NCBI RefSeq assembly: GCF_018350175.1
Contig: NC_058368.1
Location: 23,934,001 to 23,998,000, forward strand
Origin: Felis catus
Taxonomy: Eukaryota
Length of the DNA: 64,000 nt
Direction of reading: 5' to 3'
A model generated the notes under the pieces. That model made no database searches. It was not told the origin of the DNA and saw only the letters and a program-made list of their open reading frames with translations. This document shows, piece after piece, positions 25,606 to 38,801 of this stretch (positions are counted from its first letter, which is position 1; each line of letters begins with the position of its first letter). The translations under genes were made by a program, and so were the position numbers.

Positions 25606-26112
25606 TGTAATTTCTTATTGCTGCTGAAACAAATTACCACAGTTTGGTGGCTTAAAACATCACAAATTTATTATCTAAAATTCTGGGGGTCAAACATTAG
25701 AAATTCATCTCACTGGGCTAAAATTCAGGTGTCAGCAGAACTATATTCCTTCTGGTTCTAAAGTCAAACCTTTTTGTTTTTGTTCCCCCAGATTCTAGAG
25801 GCCACCTACAAGCATTCTTTAGGGTCTTCATTTCCAAAGTCAGCAAGCTAACATATTCAAATTTCTCTCTCACTTTGATGCTTGCTACCATGACCTATTT
25901 CCTTCCTGGACTCTTACCTAGTGTCTCTCTGAGAACTCTTGTGATTACACTGGGCCCAACTAGATAATCAAAGATGATCCCCTCATTTCAAGATCCTTAA
26001 CTCGATTATATCTGCAAAGTCCCTTTTTCTATGTACTGTAACATCACATATTCACAAGTTTCAGGGATTAGGATGTAGATATCTTTGGGAGGCCATTATT
26101 CTGCATACTACA
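25606..26112 (-). mobile_element. MaLR solo LTR (MLT1D-like)
   Basis: TTGCTGCTGAAACAAATTACCACAGTTTGGTGGCTTAAAAC...GATTACACTGGGCCCAAC...GGCCATTATTCTGCATACTACA. Confidence 0.88.
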
Positions 26113-28861
26113 ACCAAGATCTGAGAATGAGCATATTAGCATTAACAGAAGCACAAAAAACAAACAAACAAAAAACACTGTGATGAGCAAATTGAGATTT
26201 AAGCTTTGCCTTCTTACCATTAGGTAAACACACTTGCCTTTACACCTGGTGAGTAAGCTATTTTCAGCCCCAGGGCCAAGAGGATAGAGAGCCTTATTTT
26301 GTGAGATACCATAAGATTCTATTATTTAGCCAAAGACACCCCCCGCCCCATCCCTTACCAGTGACCTTGACTTTTCACATTTACTTCTGAGTGATTCCTT
26401 GCCTTGCTTATAATGCAGTCTAGCTAGAAAAGGATCATGACTGATTTCTCTGCCCATCTATTTATCCTTTGGTTTTCTTGACCCTACTTCTGATAGATCC
26501 AGTGTTGTGAGTTTAGATTTCCCTCACCTTTGACTCTACCTAGACATGAGGTGGTAGTAAACTAAGCACCCTGTTACTCTGTTTGGCACTCATTGGAAGA
26601 GTAATGGAAGCAGCTGCCATTGCAGCCATTTCATGTCTGTGTTTCACATAAATAATGTCACTCTTCTTATACATAAACTTCTCATTGGAGGTAATGTGCT
26701 GGAAACAGATGTTCACAGGTTGTCTAGTTAGCAGAAACCTGTTCCTAGTTGGTTTTACTGTGGAAAAGTTGTGAATCTGGACCTCTGATTGGCAAGGAAA
26801 CAAAAATATCCATAGAAGTCTATTAAGAAAATTTATTATCCTCACATCTGACAAAGACAAGCAACTGAAGACAACAGATATTAAATAACCCTACTTTCAT
26901 ATCTGAGAGCTGTCAGTGGATCGGGCCTGTTTCTACCATACAAGTTTCAACTTGCTTCCTAATGAAAGTACATCAGTTAAAATGTATACTACACAATAGA
27001 GATACTATTTTGAAAGTTGTGTCAACTAAGAAGTAGAAGTGCATGTCCTATAAAACAATCATAGGTCAGAGGAGGGAGATAAGCACCACAAAGATTCAGA
27101 ATGTGTGACATCAATGAGGAGCTTGGAAAGATGATGGAGGAGGAGGAGGAGGAGGACCCTGAGTTTACGCCATTCCACATTTACAATTATATATCATTCT
27201 CACCCAAGTAAACAAACCAGAGAGTGAATCGAAGAGTTGCAGGAAAAAATTCCACTACTAAATGTAGACAAGAAGCTGCATCTGAAAGGTTAGGAAAGTC
27301 AGAGGGGGAAGAAGGTTGCCTTCAGGAGGGAGGGAGCTGTGCATACAGATAAGTCAGAGAAGCAGCCCTCATACCACGGAGCTCATATGAGAGGTGGTGT
27401 AGGGAGAGAGAATAATCCTGTTATTTGGCTTTAAAAACCAGAGGGGCTAAATTCCCCGAGTGTGTATAACCAGTGGGACTTGGAGCCTGGATCTTTAAAA
27501 GTCATCTGACTCAGCATTGGGCAAGCTGGGAGGGCCAGTGATAGCTGGGTCACCACCCTTAAAAAGACAGCTGCTTACAGAGAGGCAAAATAAAAAATGG
27601 AAGTTTACATAATGCCAAGGTAGGAGGGCGAATGGGACACAGATCTGCTCAAACGGATTTCAGAGCATGTTGGGGAACTTTTCCCAAAGTGAGGGAGCTG
27701 GTAGGTACCATTATCATCCCCTGCCCCAGAATAAATGCATGACCATCTGTGGGCAGTAGGGCTACACAGATACTTACTACCTAATCTCCTAGTCCCATGC
27801 CATGCCCATGAGTTCTCCTGAGGACTTTCCCACTCTGAACCTGCTAGCCTTAGCCCTGGGCTCAGAGCAAATTTTGTTGAAGTTGCACTCGTGCCACACC
27901 CAGCCTCAGGCCCACAGCCACCATAGACAGCCCTCAGCCACTGCAGCATTTGGGGGGATCTGCCACAGTACTAGTGGTCCAGCACAAATTTTGCCAACAC
28001 TGCCGCCATGCTCCCAAGTTCCCTGGCAGACACACCTCCTCAAAGCTGCCCTTCCTGGAACCAACTAATATCACAGAGAGCAAGCAAAGCCCACAACAGG
28101 TAGAGAGTCGGTGCAGACAACTGCAGTGAAAGTAAAAGTGATTCATATAAAATAGCAGAGCATAAGCAACACATATAGGATACTCTCCTGAACTGCCAGG
28201 TTCAATATCAGGGGATACTGCACTTCAGGGCACTCTAGGACCTCCTCTTCATAAAATTACTACTTTCAAGAGCAGAAGACCTGGCTGACTTCAAACACAG
28301 AAACAGACATAGAGAAGCAGACAAAATGAGACAGAGAAATTGATCCCAATTCAAAAGAACAAGACACATCAACAGCCAGATATCTAAGCACAACAGATAT
28401 AACTAACATGCTATAGATTTTAAATAAGGATACTCACTGGACTTGAGAAAAGAGTAGAAGACATCAGAGAGACCCTTAGACAGAGATAAGAAATAACATA
28501 GCAGAGATAAAGGGTTCAATAAACAAAATGAGAAACACACGTGATGGAATGAAAAGCAGGATGGAAGAAGCAGAGGAATGAATTAGTGACCATAAGAGAG
28601 TAGTGGAAAGCTGAACAAAAGAAAAAAAGAATAATGTAAAACGAGAAAAGACTTAGAGGACTGAGTAACCCCATCAAACAGAACAATATTTGTATTTTAG
28701 GAGTCCCAGAAGAAGAGGGAGCAGAAAACTTATTTGAAGAAATAATAGCTGAAAACTTCCCTAATCTGAGAGAAAGGAAACAGATATCCAGATGTATGAG
28801 ACACAGAGAACCCTCAACAAAACCAACAAAAGCAGACCCGCACCAAGATATATTGCAATTA

Positions 28862-29082
28862 TGGGGCACCTGCGTGGCTAAGTCAGTTAAGCATCCAACT
28901 TAGGCTCAGGTCATGATCTCATGGTTTGTGGGTTCAAACCCTACATCAGGCTCACTGCTGTCAGCCTGGCAGTGCAGAGGCTGGAGACTGCTTCAGACTC
29001 TGTGTCTCCCTCTCTCTGCCAATCCCCTGCTTGCGTGCACTGTCTCTCAAAAAAAATAAATGTTAAAATTTTTTTTTCAAAC
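28862..29082 (+). mobile_element. Can-SINE inserted in L1 ORF1
   Basis: GGGGCACCTGCGTGGCTAAGTCAG head; perfect TSD ATATATTGCAATTA at 28848-28861 and 29083-29096. Confidence 0.96.
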
Positions 29083-29916
29083 ATATATTGCAATTAAATT
29101 GGCAAAATATAGTGATAAAGATAAAAAAAATTAAAAGCTGCAAGACAAAAGTAGTCAGTAACTGAGAAGGGAAAACCCATTAGGCCAGCAGGAAAATTTT
29201 CAACCAACTTTGCAAGCCAGAAGGGAGTGGCATGATAAATTCAAAGTGCTGAATGGGAAACATCTGTGGCCACGAATACTCTACCCAACAAGGTTACCAT
29301 TCAGAAGTAAAGCAGAGATGAAAAGTTTCCCAAACAAAAACTAAAGGAATTCATGACTAATAAACCAGCCCTGCCAGAAATATTAAAAGGAACTCTTTAG
29401 GTGTGGAAGAAACACCAAAAATGAGAGTAGGAAAAGTAAAATACACAAAAGCAGTAAAAATAACTATTTATGTAAAAAATCAGTCAAGGAACTCACAAAC
29501 AAGTTATAAAATATAATAACATATACCTAAAATGTGGTGAAGAGATGAGAAAAAGAATGAGTTCAAGGTTAAATAATCATTAACTTAATACAGACTGCTA
29601 TATGCTGATGTTATATACAAACCTAATAGTAACCATATATCAAAAACCACTAATAAATATGCAAATAGTACAGGGAAAGAAATCCAAATACATCATTAAG
29701 AAAATCAGCAAAACATGAGACAGAGAAAGATAAGGATCTGAGAATATCTTCAGAAAAAACCACTGAACAAATAAAATGACACTAAATACATACCTATCAA
29801 TAAGTACTTTGACTATAAATGGACTAAATGCTCCAGACGAAAGACATAGGGAGACAGAATGGATTTAAAAAAAAAAAAAAAAGACATCTACAGGCTGGCT
29901 ACAAGAAACTCATTTT

Positions 29917-30138
29917 ATTTTTTTTTATTTATTTTTTTAGAGTAAGAGAGAGAAAAAGAGCACATGAGCTGGGGGCAGTGGGGGAGGTGGAGAGTTAGAA
30001 GGAGAGAGAGAAAATCTTAAAGCAGCCCCACACCCAGTATGGAGCCTGACATGGAGCTCCATCTCATAACCCTGAGATCATGACCTGAGCTGAAATCGAG
30101 AGTTGGATGCCTAACTGATTGAGCCACCCAGGAGCCCT
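29917..30138 (-). mobile_element. Can-SINE inserted in L1 ORF2
   Basis: ...GAGATCATGACCTGAGCTGAAATC...GAGCCACCCAGGAGCCC; TSD AACTCATTTTA on both sides. Confidence 0.95.
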
Positions 30139-31965
30139 AACTCATTTTAGATGTAAAGACATCTGCAGATGGAAAGTCAGAGGATAGAGAAACAATTATC
30201 ATGCAAACGGAGGTCAAAAGAATGCTAGAGTAGTAATACTCCTATTGGTCAAAATACACTTTAAAACAAAGAGTGTAACAAGAGACAAAGGACACTATAT
30301 AATAATAAAGGGGACAGTCCAACAAGAAGATGTAACAATTGTAAATATTTATGCACCCAACATAAGAGCACTCAAATACACAAAGCAGTTCATAACAGAA
30401 GAACTAATCAACAATAATATTAGGGGACTTTAACACCTCCCAGTTACATCAATAGACAGATCATCTAAACAGAAAATCAAAAAGGGTAGAATGGCTTTGA
30501 ATGACACTGGACCAGATGGATTTAACACATATATTCAGAACATTCCATCTTAAAACAGCAGAATACACATTCTTTTCAAGTACATATGGAACATCCTCCA
30601 GAATAGATCACATATTAGTTCACAAAAGAAACCTCAATAAATTCAAGAAAATCAAAGGTATACTATGCAGCTTTTCTGACCACAATGCTATGAAACCAGA
30701 GGTCATTCACAAGAAAAAATCTGGAAATACCACAAATACATGGAGGTTGAACAACATGCTACTAAGCAATGAATGAGTCATCCAGAAAATGAGAGAAGCA
30801 ATAAAAAAAGTGTATGGAAACCAATGAAAATACAATGGTTCAAAACCTTAGGATAAGGCAACAGCAGTTGTAAGAGGGAAGTTTATAGCAATATAGGCCT
30901 ATCTCAAGGAGCAAGAACAATCTCAAATAAACAACCTTACACCTAAAGAAGCTAGAAAAATAACAAAGATAAGAGCAGAAATAAATGATATATATAAACT
31001 AAAAAAAAAAATCAGTGAAACCAGGAGCTGGTTCTTTGAAAAAAATTTAATAAAATTGACAAACTTCCAGATAGACTTATCAAAAGAGAGAGAGAGAGAG
31101 GACTCAAAACAAAATCACAAATGAGAACGGAGAAATCAAAAACAACACCACAGAAATACAAATAATTGTAAGAGAATATGACAAAGAACTATGTGCCAAA
31201 AAATCAGACCCTTGGAAGAAATGGATAAATTCCTAAAAACACATAAACTACCAAAATTGAAACAGGAATAAATAGAAAACTTGAAGACACTGATAACTAG
31301 CAAAGACATTCAATCAGTAATCAAAAAACTCCCAGTAAACAAACGTCCAGGACCATATGGCTTCACAGGTGAATTCTACCAAACATTTAAGTAAGAGTTA
31401 ATACCAGGTTTATTCAAACTATTCCAAAAAATAGAAAAGGAAGAAAAACTTCCAAATTCATTCTATGCTACCAGCATTACCCTGATACCAAAACCAGGTA
31501 AAGATATCAGTAAAAAAGAGAACTACAGACCAATATTCCTGATAAACATATATTCAAAAATTCTCAACAAAATACTAGCAACCTGAATTTGACAATACAT
31601 TAAAAAAATCATTCACCACGACCAAGTGGGATTTATTCTTGTGGTGCCATCAATAAGTATAAGAACCATATGATTGTTTCGATAAACAGAAAAAGCATTT
31701 GACAAAGTACAACAGCCATTCATGATAAAAAAAACAAACCAAAAACAAACAAACAAACCACCAAAAAAACCCTCAACAAGATAGGTTTAGAGGCAACATT
31801 CCTGAACATAATAAAGGACACAGATGAAAAACCCATAGCTAATATCAACTTCAATAGGGAAAAACAGGGAGTATTTCCCCTAAGGTCAGGAATAAGACCA
31901 GGATGTCCACTGTCACCACTTTGATTCAACCTAGTACCATAAGTACTAGCCACCAAAATCAGACA

Positions 31966-32300
31966 CTACAAGGCCCATTCTGTGATTAAATGCATAGCTT
32001 CCAACCCTGCCATGGCATTCCATTCATGGGTCCCCTGCACAAGCACTGGGAAGGCTGAGGACAAACCAATAGATATCCATAGAATGAATCATCCAGTTCT
32101 AAGAGTTGTTCAGAATCTTGTTTGCAGTGGGTTCTGTTTGGTGAGCATAAACTTGAGCTACAAAGATCTATATTTGCTGCCCACTCCCATGAGTCCAACC
32201 TGTGGATAAAGCTTCCTCCGAGTAATGTGTCCATGGAAGTCCACAACCTCCCAGACACCATCAACTATTTCATTCCCCACCACCTATGAGTTCAAGAGTA
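31966..32300 (-). mobile_element. ERVL/MaLR internal fragment (degenerate pol, RNase H-integrase junction)
   Basis: Minus strand GAGTGGGCAGCAAATATAGATCTTTGTAGCTCAAGTTTATGCTCACCAAA...CCCATGAATGGAATGCCATGGCAGGGTTGGAAGCTATGCAT resembles ERVL EWA..KIFVSHVNAHQ...AHEQSGHGGRDGGYAW. Confidence 0.65.
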
Positions 32301-32619
32301 TGGGTGTCATGGGCCGCTGTTTCTTCCACCTCAAGCATAAAAATCAATGTACTGCTCTCACATCCACCTATTGGGAGGATTTCCTTCACTTTCCTTTTAG
32401 GCATCCCCTGTGTTGGGCTGTAATGTGGGAGCACTATGTTACTGCCTTACAAGAAGACGTGAGTTCACCCATGTTTGAATCGCAGGTCAGATTTTTTTTT
32501 TCTTTTCCTTTAGGTGATTATAGGAAATGCCTCAGGAGGAACTAGTGTGAGGAGAGTAAGACATTTGAGGCAGGTAACAGGAATTGAACAACTAATTTAT
32601 GTAATCTGTGTCCCAGTGT

Positions 32620-33042
32620 TAGGGAGAGAGGTAATTTTCCCAGCTAAATCACTTCACTGGTCACATGGCCATACATATCCTTCTTTGCTTCTAGGGGTGT
32701 TCATGTGATTCAGTTGTGGGCAATAAACAGAAATTGCTGGTAGTTTTCCAGAATGAAAAATAAAACCGTTTAAGGAACTGATTCAGTTGGCATGTGGCCT
32801 TTCTATCTTTATCTTTCACTTTCTTTCTGCCTCAAAGCTAAATGGGAAAAGGAGTGGAGCAGTCATCTCAAAATCACAAACATGCACTTTAAAGCTTTCT
32901 ATTAAGAATGGAGCAGAGAAAGGCTCAAAAGAGTCTGGGTTCCTGATGGTAACATACAACTTCCATGTTAATCTCTTTTACACGATATGCACCTAAAACT
33001 ACTATTTGACTAAGCCACTGTCAATGTCGTTTTCAGTTGTGT
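32620..33042 (+). mobile_element. Old MaLR LTR (MLT1J/K-like)
   Basis: CTAGGGGTGTTCATGTGATTCAGTT...GGAGCAGTCATCT...GAGTCTGGGTTCCTGATG...TAAGCCACTGT. Confidence 0.6.
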
Positions 33043-33044
33043 GC

Positions 33045-33470
33045 CTCCACTCCAGCTCTATGAGCCTCTTTTTATTCCTCACACACATCAAGCATGCCTT
33101 TGCCTCAGATTTTGCACCTACTATTTCTTCTGTCTGGAGAACTCTACCCCCAAATGTCCATATGACTCATGCCTTCACTTCATTCAGGTCTCCACTACAT
33201 GACCCCTCACAGTAAGATTTCCTTAATGACCCTATCTAAGGTCCTTCCAACTTCTTCACTTTTTTCCTTTACCATGCTTTATCTCTTAATCACTTATTAT
33301 ACTCTGATGTAACTTATTTGTTTATATTCATTTAACTGTTTTATTTTATACTATGCTGTTTATTAAGCTCGGCGAGAGGAGAGACCTTCCATTATTCACT
33401 GCTATGTTCCCCAAACTCAGAACAGAAGTATGGATAGTAGATTCACAGTAAATTGTTAAGAGTGTGTGAG
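33045..33470 (+). mobile_element. L2 3' end
   Basis: TTCCTCACACACATCAAGCATG...TCACTTCATTCAGGTCTC...ATTCACTGCTATGTTCCC. Confidence 0.8.
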
Positions 33471-33646
33471 TAAACTGGGCACCAGAGGTAGGATTTAACA
33501 TCTTAACGGCTGCACATAAACTTTCATTATCCTCCTTAACTCTGAACCCCACTTAAAAAGCAAGTATTGATAAAAACCAAACAAAAAAACCAAGACACCT
33601 ATAGTCCAAAATCTGTTACAGGTAAGAACTCATAAAAAGGACTATA

Positions 33647-33874
33647 GGGGCGCCTGGGTGGCGCAGTCGGTTAAGCGTCCGACTTCAGCCAGGTCACGAT
33701 CTCGCGGTCCGTGAGTTTGAGCCCCGCGTCAGGCTCTGGGCTGATGGCTCAGAGCCTAGAGCCTGTTTCCGATTCTGTGTCTCCCTCTCTCTCTGCCCCT
33801 CGCCTGTTCATGCTCTGTCTCTCTCTGTCCCCAAAATAAATAAACGTTGAAAAATTAAAAAAAAAAAAAAAAAA
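33647..33874 (+). mobile_element. Young felid SINE (SINEC_Fc-like)
   Basis: GGGGCGCCTGGGTGGCGCAGTCGGTTAAGCGTCCGACTTC with CpGs retained; long pure A tail; perfect TSD AAAAAGGACTATA at 33634-33646 and 33875-33887. Confidence 0.97.
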
Positions 33875-34779
33875 AAAAAGGACTATACACCATGACCATG
33901 TGGAATTTATCTCGGGAAAGCAAAGTTGTCTTAACATCCAAAAATCAATTACTGTAAAACTTCTTAACAAATACAAAACACATGATCTTCTCAATAGGTA
34001 CAAAAAAAAATCACTGGACAAAATTCAACAACCTTTCACAACAACAACAGAAAAACACCTCAATAAACTAGCAGGAAACTTCCTCAATGTGATAAAACCT
34101 ACCAAAAACCTATACCTAATGTAACCATCAGGTCAAACATTTCATACTTTTCCCCAAGACCAGGAACAAAACAAGGATGTCTGCCTTGGCCATTTCTGTT
34201 CTACCTTGTACTGGCGGGTCTAACTATGACAATTAGGGAAAACAACAAATAAAGAAATAAGTACATGCATACATACATATGTGGGAAATGAAAAACAAAT
34301 CTCCATTCTCAGAAGATGTGATCTACAGAAAATCCTAAGGAAAAGAATCCCTTATAAATGAGAAAAAAAAAAGAATCTAAGCAAAGTTGCAGGATACAAG
34401 ATCAATATACAAAAATCAATGTTATTTCTATACGCTTGCAATTAACCTGAAAATGAAATTAAAAAAATCATAATGGTATCAAAAAGAATAATTAGAAATA
34501 AGTTTAAGAAATAAGCACAAAGCCTACACTCTGAAAAAAAAAATTTCTGAAAGAAAATTAAAGAAGACCTAAATAAATGTAAATCAATTTCATGTTCTTA
34601 GAGTTAAAGACAATGTTAACCTGGCAACACTCTCCAAAATGATCTACAGATTCAATATAAGAGTTGTCCAAAGCCCAGCTAACATCTTTGCCAAGATTAC
34701 AAGATGATCCTGAAATATAAAGAACAATTCTTGGATCCAAAAGAGCCAAAACAGTCTTTAAAAAGGAAGATAAAGTTGA

Positions 34780-34997
34780 GGGGGCACCTGGGTGCCTCAG
34801 TGGGTTAAGCATCCAACTGTGGCTCAGGTCATGATTTCGCAGTCCCTGAGCTCAAGGCCCACATCTCAGGCTTTGTACTGACAGCTCAGAGCCTGGAGCC
34901 TGCCTCAGATTCTGTGTCCCCTCCACCCCTGCTCATGCTCTGTCTCTCTCTCTCTCTCAAAAATAAACATTAAAAATTTTTTAATTAAAAAAAAAAG
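34780..34997 (+). mobile_element. Can-SINE
   Basis: GGGGGCACCTGGGTGCCTCAG head, (CT)n, A tail; TSD ATAAAGTTGA. Confidence 0.95.
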
Positions 34998-37900
34998 AAT
35001 AAAGTTGAAAGATTGACAATTTCCAGTTGCAAAACCTATTTCAAATCTACAGTAATGAAGACAACGTGCAGTGTGATATTGGCATAGGGATATACAGATC
35101 TGTGTGACAGAAGAATCTAGAAATAAAACCTCATATTTATGGTTAAGTCACTTTTTACCAGAATGCTAAGACAAGTGAATGGGGGAAGAATAGTCTGTTC
35201 AATAAATGATGCTGAAATAACTAGATAGCCACATGCAAAATAAGGAAGTTGGATCTCCAACCTCCTATCATATGAAGAAATCAGCTAAAAACTGTCAAAA
35301 ACCTAAAAATAAAGGCTAATACTATAAAACTCTGAGAAACACAGGCATAAATCTCTATGACTTTGTATTAAGCAATGAATTCTTCAATATGATCCCCAAA
35401 GTACCAGCAGCAAAACATAAATATAAATAAATTTTATAAATAAAATTATAAAATTTTGTGCCACAAAGGACAACCTTCAAGCAAGTAAAAAGACAACTCA
35501 TGATGGGAGAAAAGTTTTGCATATCATATTTGATAGGGGACATGAATCTAACATCGATACCATCTATATATAGAACAATAGATACTAGATGTATATAGTT
35601 CCATATCGGAATATACGAAAACCCTTACAACTCAATAAAAAGATAACTCAATTCAAAAGTGCACATAGTTTGTGTACAGTCATTTCTCCAAGGAAGATTT
35701 AAAAAATAGCTAATAAGGACATAAAAAGAAGCTGAACATCATTAGAGAAATGCAAGTAAAAAGCACAGTAAAGTGCCATTTAACATCCACTCAGATGACC
35801 GAAGTAAGTGTTGGTGTGGATGTAGAGAAATTAGAACTTTCACACACAGCTGGAGGGAATATAAAATGATGTATCCACTGAAAAAAACAGAAACAAAAAC
35901 AGTATGGCAGTTCCTCAAAAAGTTAAACATAGAGTTACCATATGACCCAGCAATTCTACTGTTAGGTATACACCCAATAGAATTGAAAACATCTGTCCCT
36001 ACAAAAACGTATACAACAATGTTCGCAGCAGCACTATTTGTAATAGCCAAAAGGTGGAAGCAACCCAAGCGTTAATCAACTGATGACTGGATAAACAAAA
36101 TGTAGTATATACATACAATGCAATCTTATTTAGCAATAAAAAGGCATAAAATACTGACACAGGCTACAACATGGATCAGTCTTGAAAACATCCCCCCAAG
36201 TAAAAAGAAGCCAGTCACAAAAGGCCTTATATGAGTCTATTTGTATGAAATATCCAGAATATGTAAATTCATAGAGACCAAAAGTAGATCTACAGCCACC
36301 AGAAGAAATGGCACACGGGGAATGTAACATGCCTACTAATGGTTATGGTGTTTCTTTTAGTGGCAAAGAAAATGTTCAAAAATTAAAAAGTGCTGATGAC
36401 TGAACAGTAAACATATTGAAACATACTAAATTATATGCTTTCAAAAGGTGAACTTTATGGTTTATGAATTGTATCTCAACGTAACTATTATTGTAAAAAT
36501 GCTACAGTGGCATATGTGGGTCTGTCCTATATTTTCAATATGACTATGCATCAATTGCTTTGCTTATTAAGTCAAAAAAATGGAAGTTCTGGAGAAATGA
36601 AACAAGTCATTTCAAAGCCTTATTTAGATCTGTGTTTCTTATCTTGTGTACACTTGAATGCATGAGTTTTATAGTATGTAAATATATCCCCATAGGACAT
36701 TTAAAAGGGGAAAAAAAGCAAATGTAAAAAAAAGTATATTCTTACAGAAGGCTCTCATTATTTGGGGCACTTGAGAGTCATTGTTTTTATTGGCTACGCC
36801 CAACTTGTGACTACACTCTTGCCTTTTTGAGTAAACAAGAAAATGACATTTGTATAATTGGTAGGAACAGTTTTGAATGTGAACATATTACAGGCCTTAT
36901 AATCTAACCTAGACACCCTCTGGTCAGTATAGATTTTGACCTTGGTTCCCTCAAATGACCATCTGTCTGAGGGACATGGGCTCCCCCCATCCCTTAAACA
37001 AATACAAAGTACAATGAAATTCAAGTGGAATGCCACCTCTTTAAGAGATGTGGCATAATTTCTATCTAAGGAAAATAAATATTTCTAGTGCCTCCTTCCT
37101 TCAACTGGTAGGGATGGGAGAAAGGACATAGTGGAATTTGAGGCCACCAGGGCTGTATGGTCAAAAACGGAGACTCTGAGTAGGAGAGCCCTTCATTTAC
37201 CTAGCACATAAATGGGTTTTTGGATCTGCCAAAATACCTTGGAGTAGAAAAAGGAAAGAAGCTAAATTACTCGACCTAATCAAATACAAAGGAAATGGCA
37301 ATTCTTGGGAAAAACCCTAACTCGCCACTGCCACTAGAAAAGAGAACAAAGTACTAAAGTAGGGTAGATATAGATGAATACAGTCTTGAGAGGAGAGCAT
37401 CAAGCAAAATTTCAGGAATCTGGGGCCCTCAGAAATTAAGAGCGAGCAATCACTGGCGGCAGGAGAGCCAAAACAGGGGTGTGTAATATTCAATTTAAGG
37501 TTGTTATGCATAGTTATGATATTAACCACAAAACATCAATAAAGTTTGGTACATCTACAAACGCATCAGTGGGATTTTGCGGGAAGAACTAATCCCTTTA
37601 AGAAAAACATCTGTGCTGTTTCAGGGCTGGTGTGACATAGAGAAGAGAGAACAATTCTAGGAGTAGACAGGACTTTAGAAATAGACATAATCAGAAAATT
37701 TAGAAACAGACATATCTGCATAATCAGAAAGGCAGACAAAGCATCATAATCTGCAGAAATCATGAAACTGGCACAAAATACCCCACAGGACTTGGGAAAG
37801 GAACTAAAGCCCATTTTCGTTATATTTAAAAGACAGAATAACCTCAGCTAACATCTAGCCTGTAACAGCAACATTCACTTGAAAATAAAGCCATGCTGAG

Positions 37901-38395
37901 CACATTTTATCTTTTGAGGAGTGTAGACTATGTTTGGGGTATTATTACTATACAGATTAGGCAGAGAAGTGTAGACCACCTTTTAGTAAATAATATTCTT
38001 CCTTGAATTCTTTCACTATTATTTCAAGTTAAGCATGAGATTGTGCTTTGTGATTTTAATCTCAGAATAGTTTCTCACATTTTCCTTTATTAAGAATTAT
38101 GTTGTCAAAGATACCTTTCCAGCTTTTCTATTTAATAATGTATCTATAGTCCTCCTTATCCTAATGTGCCATATTTTACTTCAGAAAATTGTCATCAAAT
38201 TCTTTACTAACTTTAGAGAATCTTAACTAAAATGAATTTTGATCAGAAAAGGATTATAAAGATATAACCACATGCATCTATGAAAAGTCATTAACCCAAT
38301 AGCAATTATATTTGAGGTCAGAATATTTTCAGTATCATTTACTTCCCTTGACTAGTGATTTTGCAGAGTGTATATGACGACCACTGTCATACAGA

Positions 38396-38602
38396 TTTTA
38401 ATTTTGTTTAGTATTCATTTTTGAGAGAGAAAGAGAGAGAGAGAACAAGAACGAGTGGGAGAAGGGCAGAGGGAGAGGGAAACAGAATCCAAAGCAGGCT
38501 CCAGGCTCTGAGCTGTCAGCACAGAGCCTGATGTGGGGCTCGAACTCACGAACTATGAGATCATGACCTGAGCCGAAGTCGGACTGATCCACCCAGGTGC
38601 CC
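38396..38602 (-). mobile_element. Can-SINE
   Basis: GCAGGCTCCAGGCTCTGAGCTGTCAGCACAGAGCC...CACCCAGGTGCCC. Confidence 0.95.
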
Positions 38603-38801
38603 AGAGATATTTTATTCTATAAAAGCAATATTTTTTTAAATTTTATTAACATATGACAGACAAAACAGTCTCTAGAGTTAGGTAAATAAAACCTGGTTCA
38701 TCATGGCATGAGACGGTAAGATTGAGGTTTCATTATTCACTGTTAGGTTAGCTTTATTCAATTTCCTTTGAACATTATAGAAAATGAGAAAAACTGTGGC
38801 A

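Larger units (their letters stand above)
27110..31965 (+). mobile_element. Carnivore LINE-1 with 5' UTR, ORF1 and ORF2 endonuclease to early RT; 3' half missing
   Basis: 5' start AAGATGATGGAGGAGG...GACCCTGAG; ORF1 remnants ~28330-29400; ORF2 endonuclease motifs (TIVNIYAPN; YTFFSSTYGTSSRIDHIL; FSDHNA); ends shortly after CAGGATGTCCACTGTCACCACT. Confidence 0.92.
33560..36495 (+). mobile_element. Old LINE-1 (L1MB-like) ORF2 remnants and 3' end
   Basis: ORF 35773-36075 contains TVWQFLKKLNIELPYDPAILLLGI; 3' end GTGAACTTTATGGTTTATGAATTGTATCTCAA. Confidence 0.88.

Noticed and set aside
33647..33730. tRNA-like A/B boxes in SINE heads as tRNA genes
   Set aside because: They are tRNA-derived SINE heads followed by CT tract, poly-A and TSD
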